Source: Spironucleus salmonicida
Taxonomy: Eukaryota
Reading direction: 5' to 3'
Length of the DNA: 64,000 bases
Assembly: GCF_000497125.1 (NCBI RefSeq)
Contig: NC_090603.1
Location: forward strand, 868,001-932,000
A program made the translations under genes and the position numbers. This document shows, piece after piece, positions 40,528 to 53,246 of the stretch. Below the pieces are notes generated by a model that saw only the letters and a program-made list of their open reading frames with translations, had not been told where the DNA came from and searched no databases. Numbering within the stretch: the stretch's first letter is position 1; every line of letters starts with the position of its first letter.

Positions 40528-41199
40528 TCACTATTTTATATATTAATCCTTGATCTTCACAACCCTCATACTTTCCCCATTCTATATATTAGTCGTAATA
40601 GAGAAAATTTGTCTACTTATTTTCTCAATTTCTTCCACCTGTTTATACTCCAAAATATTATGTGTTACTTATTTAAGAATGTTATTTTAAATTTTAAATT
40701 TTCCCATTTTTTACATATCTGAGTTTATTGCGATGCAGATATTCTTTTTAGTTGGAATTCTACCGCAAAATAATAACATTGTTTCAAAAAAGCTATCTAA
40801 AACTTTTAAATTGAGAAGTTTCATGAGAGCCATTTCATTCTTATTAGGTTAGTATTAGGCCACATAAGGCAGATTACTTGTATTAATTTATATTGGCAAG
40901 TACATGTTAACCAATTCTGGAAGATCTTATTTTTTTATTTTGTTGACAATTTATTCAATTTCTTTTTTTGATTCATTTTAAGATCCTTAATAAATAAATG
41001 TATCTGCATTACGATACTCTATAGGACCAAAAATTGATTTCATCTATACTGTATTATCTGACAGAATATCTTGATTAGATACTTCAATATTTTTATTATT
41101 ATAGTTATAGGATTAGTAGTGTTATGGTGAATGTGAATAGATATTATTAGATTAGTACATATTATCAGTGTTTCTATAGTATCCGTAATTCTATTTCAT
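40528..41199 (-). CDS. hypothetical protein, 223 aa
   Basis: MKQNYGYYRN... read through fully; ends TAG TGA. Confidence 0.7.
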
Positions 41200-41510
41200 T
41201 TGTTGAGTGATCGGAATGAAAATCATTAATTATTAAGTCATAAAGAAGTTAATATTGGTTTAAACTGATATAAGATATTTAGTGTAAAATTGTTATACTT
41301 GAAAGAATAATAATAACTTGGCCAAAATTTAATTTAGCTTTACAATAAAATATTTAAGTGAAAATAAGAAGATACCTTCATTTTAATCCATGTGTGATGA
41401 TTGTTATGGATATAATAAAAATTTTAGGGTTATACTATGACCTTAAAAACTAATAGTAACTATTGAATAAAGCTCAAAATTGTGTAATTATCCTAAAAAT
41501 AACATAGTTT

Positions 41511-43124
41511 TTATAATATAAAGAAGTAAAATACTCAGCCGTAGATGAAGTTGGCGATGACGGCGTAGAGGGTGAAGCCGAAGCCAATGATGAAGAGCAC
41601 CATGATCGTGATGATGACGCCCTCGTGGTCGCAGAAGCCGGAGAACGGCGTCTTCTTGGTGCCGAACTTCTCCTGGCAGGCCTTCCTGGCCTTGATGAGG
41701 CAGAAGGCGGGGGCGAGGAGGATGACGAAGCCGAGGAGCCCGGTGAGGTCGATGATCTGGCCGATGCACCGGAAGAAGCCGGCTAACACTCCAGCCGGGA
41801 TGATGCACGCGAGCTTGACGACGATGTAAAACCACTTCTTCTCCTTCGCGTTGGGGAAGAAGGCGGCGATGTTGTTGGTCATCGAGATACCGTTGAGGGG
41901 GATCGCGCCCAGGACGTAGATCGGGGGCAGCAGTCTGATGATGTAGGCGATCGCGGCGGCCCAGGCGGGCTGGCTCGTGGCGTCCCATTTCTTTCCGTCC
42001 CACTTGATGAGGTTGAGCGTGATAAGCTGCGCGCCATCGGTGCCGAAGTAGAGGGCGGAGGGGTAGGCGACGAAGGCCATGATGATGTAGATGAAGCCGA
42101 AGGAGCCGGTGAAAGAGTGGTTCAGGTACTTCTGCTGGGACTGCTCGGTGGGCTGGAGCACGCCGGGGATGCAGTAGTGGAGGATGATGGCGAACACCGA
42201 GCTGGAGAACATGGAGCCGAAGGTCCGGATCTGGAAGTGGAAGAGGGGTATCTTCTTGACGTAGGGGATGGCGCTAGCCTAATCGCTACCGACGTTGTAG
42301 GGCGAGATGAAGATGCAGACGAACACGAGGAAGGCCATGCCGCCGACCGCGACGAAACGGCAGATCGTGAAGATGTTCTGGAGGATGTTCTGCTTGGAGA
42401 GGTCGAAGAAGACGAGGATGCTGGAGTAGACGATCGCGACGTAGGTCCACACGTAGTAGGCCACGTTGCAGAGCTTGGCGTAGCTCGCACCGCAGGGGTC
42501 GGCGCAGTGCCAGTTGGCCCCGAAGGGGATGACGGAGGACAGGGACTGGGCCACGACCGAGGTGTAGCCCCAGATGACGCCGAAGACGTAGAGGATGACG
42601 GCCACCTGGTACACGTAGAAGCCGCCCTTGCCGTAGTGGACGCCGCAGAGCTCGGAGACCTCGTAGGTGTAGTCGTTGGGCAGCGAGTAGTCGACGTCCG
42701 GGGAGCCGCTGGACTGCTGGCCGTTCTCGGGGCTGAAGACCACTACTTCGTCCTCCGTCTGGCCCACCTTGATCACGTTGTTGCTCTCCAAGCGCTTCAG
42801 GGCGAAGGTCCGGGAGAGCGCGTCGAGGGTGTACCGGCCCAGCAGGTAGCCGGCGAAGGTCAGCAGCGTGAGCAGGATGAACGCGACGAAGATGGACGCC
42901 TTGGCCACGGTCTTGGGCAGGTTGAGCACGCCCGTGCCGACCGCGTAGTTGATCATCATCGCGGCGACGGTGTATGCCTTGTATGTTGACATTTTCTAAG
43001 GATTTGCGCAAATATATAATCACATGTGGGGACAAATACGGGCGTTCGGGTGAACCGCTCTTAATTTTTCTAATATTAGGCGTATCTGCGCCCTATACTA
43101 TTAATGGCTGAAAACTTGTGAATT
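41511..43124 (-). repeat. right arm of the 1614-bp inverted repeat
   Basis: Reverse complement of 32124-33737. Confidence 0.95.
41535..42992 (-). CDS. amino-acid transporter (TMEM104-like), paralogue 4, GC-rich, 485 aa
   Basis: Same as paralogue 3 except loop NVGSDQASA versus NLGTDQATA. Confidence 0.95.
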
Positions 43125-43698
43125 AATTTAAATTTAAAAATTAATATATACCACAAGATAATCATATATTTTATTTACTAAAAAGTAAAACATATTTAAC
43201 TACTATTACAACATAGTTGTCTAATAACTTAAATCAATCAATCACAAATTTTGTTGTTAATGTAAAATATATTATTATGTATTGTACAAATATATAGAAA
43301 ATTTTGTAATTTATATTGATAGTTCTAAATAATTTGTACAAGTAGTTTTTTACTTTTGCCAATAATTACTTATGTAGATTTTGTTATATATAAACTAAAA
43401 TATAGCAAAACTTATTTTTGCACTAAATATTACATTATAGTATTATATAGAATATTCGATTATTATCTTTCGAAAAAATTTCAGGTATAAGTTTTTAGTT
43501 TTTAATTAAAAAATAATTGTCATCTAAACCTATAATTTTTATAAGTAATGTTACTCTTAAACAATCAATAATTATCCTTAATATAATATTAGCAAAAAAT
43601 CCTATCATTTTAAAATCGATACCTACCACTAGTTTGTAAAATATATGATAAGTATTACATGATATAAACTATTTACCTTCCACTCTATAATTTTCCAA

Positions 43699-44250
43699 AT
43701 GCAGAAACAGCCACCAATACCATACACAACTAAGTAGGCCACAATCAACCACACCATTTCACGTGCAATCGCACTACGCCATAATGACCCTACAATCCCA
43801 CTTAGAAACACTACTGTTTAGAATTAGTCTCCACTTCTCACAATGGAGATAGATTTGCTCGAAAAAACACACAAAATTCAAGCGCAACCAGGCCCTCCCA
43901 ATGATCGTCGAAACCGACTCCTCCTAGCTTACTGTGAGGCTGCAGCAATGTTACCATAAGTGGCTAAAAAGGCAAGAATTCTGATGGAATTTTATATAAA
44001 AATTTGCTCTAATTTGGCTGACACCGACTTCTAAAACGGCGATGATAACGGTTTTTAGAACGTCGACGGTGTATAGATGGGTTTTATGCTCGAAGGTATT
44101 GAGAATGATATTTTGGAGGTCAAAAGAAATCTTCAGGAAGATGAAAAGTTATTTAAAGGGTTGCTAGAACGCGTAGATAAACAAGAAAGGTCTTTGGTAC
44201 AGAAACGTAGCTATTTAGAGAATTTAAAAATGCTTTGTGGGCGTGAGTGA
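43699..44250 (+). CDS. hypothetical protein, 183 aa
   Basis: MQKQPPIPYTTKQ...LCGRE; CCACT upstream; ends GAGTGAGTGAG. Confidence 0.75.
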
Positions 44251-44962
44251 GTGAGTTTTAAAGACTTTGCAAAACGGACAGAAAAAATAAATTCTAATTA
44301 ATAACAGTATAAATTTATAGTTAGTTTTTTTTAAGTAAAATACTTATTTCTGGATGATTGAAATGTTAGTATTTAATTTTAATCTTATTTTGTATTAAAC
44401 TTTATTTTATTGATAAAATACTTTAAATCTTGAAAAAATTTATATTTGTGTGTACATGGTTATTTGTTGTAACAGGTTAAAATATGTAATTATTAATAAT
44501 GAATTTTGGTTTTAATTCCAAAATTAAAAGCAGATACAAATTTTGATTCAAGCTTGTCATAATAGTTATTGTTACTATAGTGTTTATAATAAATTTCTTT
44601 ATGATTATAATACAAAATAACTAGTTATATTATAACTGCCTAATTTATAAGAATATAGAAAGTATTAGCCGATTTTTGAAATAAAATTGATTGATTTAGT
44701 CAAAAAACTGAAGTTTATATAAATCTTTTAATAACGATATTCGGGGATACGTATTATAAATAAATACTGGTTATTGCTTACTATTTTAAATTAAAGCCCA
44801 TAAAAGTAAATATATTGTTTACTAAAGTATGCTTTGTGTCTCTAATTCAAGATATTATCATTATTACTATAGTAAAGTAAAGGATATTTCGAATCTACTT
44901 AATATCTTAGTTTAGTCAGAGATTTTATATATAAGAAATAAATTTATTGCTATTAAACCTCA

Positions 44963-45907
44963 TCACTCCAGAATTGTTAAATCTCTTATCTTAATGACTT
45001 TTTGTGCATCTACATTATTAATTTTACTGCTAAACGTAAAGTTTTACATTACTTTATTATTAATCATAGAGATTGCCTAAGCATCTTTTAAGTATTCTAC
45101 GGTTTTAGTTAAGTTTTAATTTTAAAATTTACAACGGTCTAATAAATCAGAACTAGCATTTATAGCGTTTAATATATTTTTCTTTGTAGGGATATCGTTA
45201 CAAAATTTAAGCATAGATTGGAAAAAGTTAACAGAGAACGGAATACCAAGAAGAGATAGAAGAACTTTTTCTTATGATGAAGGACAGTATTAACTTGTAA
45301 ACGGAACAATTAATGGGTTGATATTCTTAGGTAAGTACATTTAATAAAGCTCTTATAAGTCTTTGAGTTAAATAGTTAAGTGCACTGTTTCAACGGATGT
45401 TTTCATGCATTTTTAACTCTTATTATATGTGTTTTCAGGTGATTTTGCATTAGTAAGGATTTCTATAGGTGCCTAGACAGGTTCAATCTAAGATATTACC
45501 GGTATACTTTACTATATATTTAGAATTTCTTTAGTTTATTAATCTTTGATAATATTTATTGTATCTACAACACTATTGCTAGAGATTTCATCATTAATAA
45601 GTGTATTTTACGTCTTAGAAATATCTTATTTATTGATATGCAAATCATTTGGTATCTTAGCAGATACATCATTTTGACTTAATAAATATTTAGAATGGTG
45701 GTTTTTCTCAGAGTTTTACTTTTTTGATTAACTATTTATCTTTTTATTTTCAGCCTATTTGACAATGACAACATCTCCAAAGATACATTTTTCAGTGTAT
45801 TATGGAGTATTTAATTAATTCTAAGAAATAAATTATGGTTTTAAATCTTAGTTATATGTTTAAATATTATCAAATGTATAGCGATTAGTTCGATCTTAAT
45901 AGTTCAT
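44963..45907 (-). CDS. hypothetical protein, 314 aa
   Basis: MNYQDRTNRY...DLTILE; ends GAG TGA. Confidence 0.7.
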
Positions 45908-46089
45908 TAATTAGTGAAAAGTATTTATTTAATATGTTAATTATTTTACTTATAAATATTTATAATTTATTTGTTTTTAATATATCATTAACAGATTATT
46001 ATGTTCAAATATAATTAAAAGTATATAAAGTTTAATGTATATTAAATTTCTAATATGCTATAATATACTAGTACCATTTCTTTAATAAT

Positions 46090-47097
46090 ATGGCTTTGAT
46101 TCTGGCTCCAATGGTTCGTGGGTCATTCCCAGCGATGCGGACGTATTGTTTATAAAATGAAGCAGATTATGTTTATACTGATGTTATTATGGCTAAGGCT
46201 CTTATCCAATCGGAAAAAAGGGAAACGGATCATTGTATAGAATTTACTAGAACCAACTAAAAAGTTTTACTTATTGTGAAGTAAGAAAAATCAAAAACAA
46301 TAATTTAATTAGCTGGAACAGATTTTGATGATCTTAATGCAGCAGCTTTATTAGTTAAAGATTATTGCTTACGTGTAGATTTGAATCTTGGATGTGCTAA
46401 ACATTTTACCTCATAATGTGGAGCTGGCGGAGTATTAGGTACTTAAGGAACATTAGCGGCTGATTTACTCAAAAAGCTATCCACTAATGCTCCTTGGAGT
46501 GTAAAAACACGATTAAGAGATACATTTGAAGAAGCTTTATAACATATTTTAGACCTATTAAATGCAAACGTACAATTTATTGCAATTCACTGTAGAAAAT
46601 TTAACGAAGACCGTGAAAAAACAAGAGCACGTTGGGATGAATTCTTTGATATTTACGAGGCACTTAACTAAGAATAAAGGAAAAAAATTATTTTTAATGG
46701 TGGGTTAATTAATGAAAATGATTATTTTAGATTAAAAACTGTATTTGAGAAAAAATAATTGCCGCTAACTCCTGTATTACTCGCAAGAGGTGCCATTAGG
46801 GACCCTGAAATTTTTAGAAAAATTAAGCTTAATTAGATCAGTTCAACTGTTCATTCATACAGAATTTACTAAGAAATAGGTATAATATCCAAACATAATA
46901 ACTATAAGTTCTGTGATTATAAAGCTTGCGTCATGTTCAGCCTTAAATGGATAAGAGATTTAAGTTAAGGAATGGGAGAGGGTGTGAGGGACAAGGCGAT
47001 CAATGCCATTTAGGAAATCGCACACCACAAAAGTTATGATTAAATCATTGAATTTTTAAAGCATAATATTGAAAACGGAAAATTAGATGAAAAATGA
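46090..47097 (+). CDS. tRNA-dihydrouridine synthase (DUS2-like), 335 aa
   Basis: LILAPMVR, IIQLAG, VDLNLGC, SVKTRL, IAIHCR, FNGG, LARGAIRDP. Confidence 0.9.
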
Positions 47098-47100
47098 GAG

Positions 47101-47418
47101 TCACTTGTCACATGAACTGGAATGCTCAGGAATATCGCAAATGTAGCTTTTTTATACTGATAGGTGCTTACTGAGTGCATTTAAAATATTATTTTTTTCA
47201 ACAATGAAGTCAATGCCTAAAACGGCGTCATCAAAACTCGTATCAGTCAAATACGGCCTGAAAAGCTAAATGACGATTTCTCGGTGCTGCGGTGTGGGAA
47301 TATTCTACAAAATGAGCCCCATTTCCTTGCACGTCAGATGAAACGGCTTAATCGCAGCCATTAGGTCATTTTTTAAATTGAAAATAGCCTAGTTGACATC
47401 TTTTATGTTGGGAAACAT
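47101..47418 (-). CDS. hypothetical protein, 105 aa
   Basis: MFPNIKDVNQ...SSCDK; AAG TGA 3 bp from the DUS stop. Confidence 0.7.
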
Positions 47419-47463
47419 TTTGCCAAATAATTATATTGCTTTATATTATATAATAATACACAA

Positions 47464-49536
47464 TCAAAAATCTACTGATTTTTCAAAATTATCCATAAGA
47501 AGCTGTAAATCGCCCTCCTTGAACGGATTTTTCGCCAGCACAGCGCTCTGCAGCTCCCCCAGAACGAGCCTGCAGAGGTCCTTCTTGTTCTGCACGAAAT
47601 TCTGCTCGTTCACCTCGGCCATTTTCTTGCCCCGCCGCGCCACAAAACGCGAAAACATGCTCCCGAACACCCCCAAAAACTGCGCGTAGAGGTCCCGTTA
47701 TATCACTTAGACCCACAAACTTGATCCGCTGAAGAAGCCCAAAACGACGTGCGCGGTGCCGACGAATTCGAGCACCGGGGCCGCTATTTCGCGCCGCCGC
47801 GCGGGCTCGAGGGCGCGCGCGAAGCCAGGCTCGAAAACGGCACCGTCCGCGAGGCAGCCGTTTAGCGCCGTTTTGAACGCGTCCTCGGCGGTGGCCTCGA
47901 AGTTCGCGCGCAGGACGCGCGCGATTTCGGCGCTAAACTCCTCGCAGCGCCGCGCGAATTCGGCCGATTCGCGCCCCGCGAGCGCCACCAAATCGTGCGC
48001 CGCGAGCGCCAGGAACTCCGCGTTTTGCATGGCCGCTGCTATGTGCTTCGGGTTCGGGCTGGCAGCGAGCTGCGTTTTTGCGCTCAGAAAGTACGTTTCT
48101 AGGACTTTCGGATCGAGGATTTTTGCTTATATCAGTTGCGGAAATGCGTGCAGATCGCGGTTGTGCAGGAGGTGGTTTCGCCGCTGGTGCAGTAGTGTGG
48201 CGATTTTTAGGGCCGTTTGCGTCAGCTGGAACTCGAGATTGTTGAGCGTGAAAACGGCCGTCTGGGACTTGTTTTCCTTGAATCTGACGTCGAAGTATTC
48301 TTACTGTGTGTAGGTGGATTTCTGGATGAACGCGAAGTCGTCACGGGTGTCGAACTGGTCGAATTTGGTCAGGAACAGGTTTTCGGAATTTAGGTACAAA
48401 TGCAGAAATTTGTCCTCGATGGAGATGTTTATCAGCTTTTAGTGCAGGGGAGAGAGGAGTTAAATGACTGTACAGGATTTTAGCTGTCGCAAATCGGCAA
48501 AATTTGTAATTTCTTGCGAAGAAATTAGACTGTAAAGATGAGCTTAAATTTAGGTGACTGAGAATTCCGATACAAAGGTGAGACTGTTTTAGTGGATGAA
48601 TTATAGAATATTTGAAACATCTATTATTTACTGCTATAGCGGTTCAAATTGAGTAAATTTTAATATTTTGTTAAAAAATAGGTTATTAAATTAAGGCTCA
48701 TCGACTAAATTGGTAGTTACTTATTAAAGTTTCTCCATAGATTAATTCAAAATACAGGTAATTATATCATTTGATATTGATAAATTTTATTGAATTTAGA
48801 GGTCTGTCAGCATTAACTAAATTTTTTCTTTAAGTTAATTAACAAACCAAATATTCTTACTGACTTTCTATAGCTTAGTAATAATAATTTATATATGTTC
48901 AATGAATTGCTAAATTTCCAGTTACGCATAATTAGATAGATCTATAGTGTTCAGTGTTTCATAAAGTTACAGTACATCTTTAACAAATAATAAACTTTAA
49001 TATCGTCCAAAAGCTTCTTATTTTTTTGTTAATAAAATTTTAATATCATCTAACTGTTTATCAATTATTTAAACTTTATTAGATGTATCTTAATATTCAG
49101 ATTAGTAATCTTTTATCAGCTATACCTAATTCTTAAAATTTTATTAGTCAATTTGTGTCATATCATCATAATACTTTTAATAATACTATATCTTTAGTTA
49201 TTCAACATAAAATTCAAATTCAGCCGGGTTTAATGGTATAGATTACTTAGTTAATTTGATCTTGTTAGAATAATACAATTACTATATTAAGTATTATTTA
49301 TTTAATGTATTAGCTTAGCAGCTTTTTATTAAGTCATATACTATTTTTATTTTAATATCATAATTCTGATATAAATTTAATTCATTTAGTAGCTTTTCTT
49401 ATTTGATAAACAATTTCTTGTCAATTTTACCTTAAAATACAGGTTTTATAATTTTTTCATACTCAATTGTTTTAGTTTAATTATGTTGTTATAAAAACTA
49501 TAGATCTAGACCAGCCAAATCATGTAGTAAATTCAT
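47464..49536 (-). CDS. helical hypothetical protein, 690 aa, AT-rich 5' half and GC-rich 3' half
   Basis: MNLLHDLAGLDL...; same frame as track ORFs 47707-48030 and 47464-47676. Confidence 0.8.
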
Positions 49537-49701
49537 TAATAGTAGATATATATTATTCTATTAATTATATAATAATCTTATATAGAAGTATGGTTAATAC
49601 TTGTAGATATATTTATTGTATTTTATATAATTCAAATAGTATCTGTATAAATAATTATAGCAACAAAATGTTTACAAATAAAAGTGCAAAATAAAATTAC
49701 T

Positions 49702-50232
49702 TCACAACACTTTTTGAATAGGTAAATCAGGCCATATGACAAAAATTCCAATAATCATTGTTAATATATTTATGACTATACTAACAACACTACTAATATT
49801 TGAAACACAATTTTCTTTGGTATCACAAAACCGAACTCCACTTAAATTCATAGCACTAGCAAGTACCATTGAAAGAGCTCGTAAATATTTATTGTAAAAT
49901 AGTCCAAAATAATATCTGATTCCCAAATTTTCTAGAGAAATAGAGAGATTTATTATTCCTGCTGAAACTGTAAAGAGATATACAAACCAGGAATGTACAG
50001 TATCAAATGTGTAAATAACATGGATCTATGCAGTAATAATAAGTGCAAGAGATGATAGAATATTTAAAATTTTATAAATTTTATTTGAAATCCGTTCAGG
50101 CTATTACTATGACTGAGTAGGTTATTGTTGAATTTCAGTGTGTTATGATTCTTATGAATTTTACTCTCCTTATGAATTATGTTAATCTTCTTCAGGTTGC
50201 TCATTTTATTCCTGTTTCTAATATTCTTCCAT
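49702..50232 (-). CDS. small multi-TM protein (Tvp15/COPI-associated-like), 176 aa
   Basis: Q/E-rich N-terminus, TM helices, YFGLFYNKYLRAL segment. Confidence 0.7.
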
Positions 50233-50629
50233 TAAAAAATTAGTAATATAATATGTATAATAATAACTAAAAATTATTCCAGAAAAAATAAAATCGTTAC
50301 TATTTCTTTATTTTAACTGCTAATAATTAATATATTAACAATTTCAGATAATTTCAATTAGTAAAAACAGCCTATCATTTATTATACAAATATAAGTATT
50401 AATAATATGATTTGTATATGATATTAACAATCACCACCTATTATATTTAGCTGATGATTAGAAAAATAGATTGTTTTAATAACAAATTTTTTTTAAAGAA
50501 AACATATCTTTTTTTGAGTAAAATTCTATACAAAAGTATTACCAATTTTACTTTCCCAACAACTTATTTTTAGGCTTTTCAATCTTAACATTTATTATAT
50601 AATTATATTCAATGAGTCCACTTCACTTA

Positions 50630-51295
50630 ATGTCGAAATGTGCTAAGGAAAGAAGAGACAAGTTCTATGCCATAGCCAAAACTGAGAACTACAGAGCCAG
50701 ATCTGCCTACAAGCTTCTACAACTTGATAAGTACTTGAACATTTTGGAGGTAGAAACTGCCGTGGATCTGTGCGCAGCTCCAGGGTCCTGGTCGTAGGTG
50801 CTGGCAAAGCGGGTGAAGTAAGTTATTTCGGTAGATTTGGCACCAATAGCACCCATTGAAAACGTCATCATCATCCAGGGTGATATTACAACACAGGAAA
50901 CTGCAAATTCGGTAATTTCGAGTGCCGGCGGCCTCGTTGACCTCGTAGTATGCGACGGCGCGCCAGACGTGACAGGTATTCATGACTTGGATGAGTTTGT
51001 GCAAGCCGAGCTCATCAACGCTGCCTTCGGTATCACTCAAAAAATACTCAAAGTAGGAGGAACTTTCGTGAGTAAAATTTTCAGAGGAGAACTCACAGAA
51101 GTACTTTTGGAGGAGTTCGGCAAGCACTTTGAGATCGTATAGGTCGTAAAACCGGCTGCTAGCCGTGCCAGCTCAATGGAGGCGTTTTTGGTCTGTTTGC
51201 AGAAGATGGAAAAGGAGGGTTAAGGCAAAATCATTTACGAGATGCTGGAGTGCGGAATGGAAGATGGTATTGATGCTGATAGGACATACGAGTGA
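50630..51295 (+). CDS. TRM7: tRNA 2'-O-methyltransferase TRM7/FTSJ1, 221 aa
   Basis: [25 protein letters not shown] (Q = TAG 50795), [28 protein letters not shown]; alternative start at 50612. Confidence 0.93.
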
Positions 51296-51792
51296 TGAGG
51301 TGACTTTTGGTTACAAAATTGGATTTTACAGTGATAGTGGGTGTTGGAATAAATTTTGAAAAACTTGTGATTTCTTGCTTGAGATGAGTTGCTGATAGAT
51401 ATTGTTGTATTATTTTGTTGTAAAGATAGAAAAAATTAATTTTAGCGATTGGTTTTCGTTTACCTTTGGTGTGAAAAATTTAATTCAAAAAATGGTCCAA
51501 TTCTCAAATTTATTATTTTGACCTCTCAAAAAAGTATTTTACAATTATTCAAAATCTAAATTTCTACATAAATTGCTTTGTCAGTTATGACTTTAAACTT
51601 TTACTTGCTTACCCAAAACCACTCGTTCGTATGACGTATATTAAGTCACTTGGTTTGGGGTTTTTAAGGCAACTATAACTATTATTAAATATTCAATTAT
51701 AACATAATACTATATTTAAAAAATTTCATAAATCTGAAATTATATACATAAAGTATTCACTTTACGAAATATGGCATATGTATATTTTATAT

Positions 51793-52899
51793 ATGTTTGT
51801 CACCAGTATTAAATTTATTTATATTTATTCATGAAAAGAGATCCAAAGTACTAAGTCCTTCCATATCTGCTAAAATAACGCAAAATTTTCTTTCCATTTT
51901 ATGTCAGCTGCTCGTACTTCTACCACAAACAAATAAAATGATAAGCTTGAAAATTATTGACATGCAATTGATTCAGGTGTTATTGATTATATTCTTTGTT
52001 AGGATTAAATGACATATGGATAAAGTTGTTATTGATAAGATGCTTCACTAACTAGTAATTGTAAATAGTACGGTAGTGAAAGTTGTTCTAATTGCGGATA
52101 TAAACTTTTTAATAGAATAATAAACGAATAACTTATGCTTTTAGATGTATTGAATATTCAGATCGCAATACTTGTATAAAGTATGATGCTGAATCAAAGT
52201 TCAACCCAGAAATTAAAATAATATAATATCCGTTGTAATGATTTATTTAGTTGCAAATCTAATATGGAATTATTTTATGATATAGAAGCTTAAGTATGTA
52301 AAAATCCTTTACAAACTGTCATTAATGTACGTCTACAACCAGGTGTCACGTTTGTAACAAATTATTATTAGTTAAACGATATAATGGAAATACAGACATA
52401 CGTCTATGGAAACTTAAAATAGAAATTACTGCAAATATGGAACCCCAAACCTGGCTCGGACAGATTTACTTCAGAGTCTAAATACGGCAATTCGATTAAT
52501 TGCGGATCTTGATACAACGATGGAACTAATTGAAATACGTACATGTCACATACAAAACTTAATATCAGCGGAAAATACGTAGAATAGTAAAAGAGCTACT
52601 AATTGTGTGACAATATGTGCTTACCAGCAATAATTTATACGACCCTGGTATGAAACTTAGTTGGGAGGTGATGGTATAGCTAAAATTATTATAGGTAACT
52701 TGGTCATGGTCGAAGCTATTTATGGTAGCCTGATCTTGATATAATTGAAGAACTCTAAGACTGTTGCATCTTAATCTTATAGTTATTATTTTCTCATTAA
52801 AAAATAAAACAAAACATGATTGAAATCTATAATATTTTATAAAAATATAAATTTTAGTAATTAATATAAAGTATTCATATTTCTTACCTTTATTAGTGA
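51793..52899 (+). pseudogene. degenerate cysteine-rich surface protein (VSP/CRMP-like) pseudogene
   Basis: CXXC blocks in different frames (SNCKQYGSESCSNC; NCHQCTSTTRCHVC; NCGS*YNDGTN*) and a decayed VSP-type TM LGGDGIAKIIIGNLVMVEAIYGSLIL from 52661. Confidence 0.7.
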
Positions 52900-53246
52900 C
52901 CTAAATTTTTAAACTAAACATTCATATTTAACTTTTATTATCTAATATTGACTTTAATAACTTACCTAGGTATCAATATATATCACAAAATAAATATAAA
53001 TCAATTTTAGTCAGTAATATTATGAAAACCAATCACTAAATATCTAACTTATATTTAAAGGAAATTAACTTAATTAATATTTAATAGACTATAATCAGGT
53101 CAAAAAGATAAAATTTGAATAAATTATGTTAAGTTATGTTTAATAATTAGTTTTAAATACAAATATAATTCAATTAATTATATTTTCACTAAAAGTAAAA
53201 CTCAAATAATAAATTTATTAGTCTTAATAATATGTTTCATACCTCT

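Noticed and set aside
32124-43124. Composite transposon or contaminant insertion
   Set aside because: The arms encode a transporter, not a transposase. No target-site duplication was seen. The copies use host TAG-Gln and have AT-rich native paralogues.
43629-43811. Track ORF resembling a small membrane protein (minus strand)
   Set aside because: Antisense to the 43699-44250 gene, which has a CCACT motif and an AGTGA end
51292-51395. Box C/D snoRNA (GTGATGA ... CTGA) after TRM7
   Set aside because: The box C match is the TRM7 AGTGA stop plus a tandem TGA; no terminal stem or recognisable guide
51793-52899. UGA recoded as Trp/Cys/Sec: one frame runs ATG 51793 to TAG TGA 52897 with seven internal TGAs
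   Set aside because: The protein-like CXXC and TM segments lie in three different frames, and Cys-to-Tyr decay is also present. No intact gene in the window needs TGA read-through. A pseudogene is simpler.
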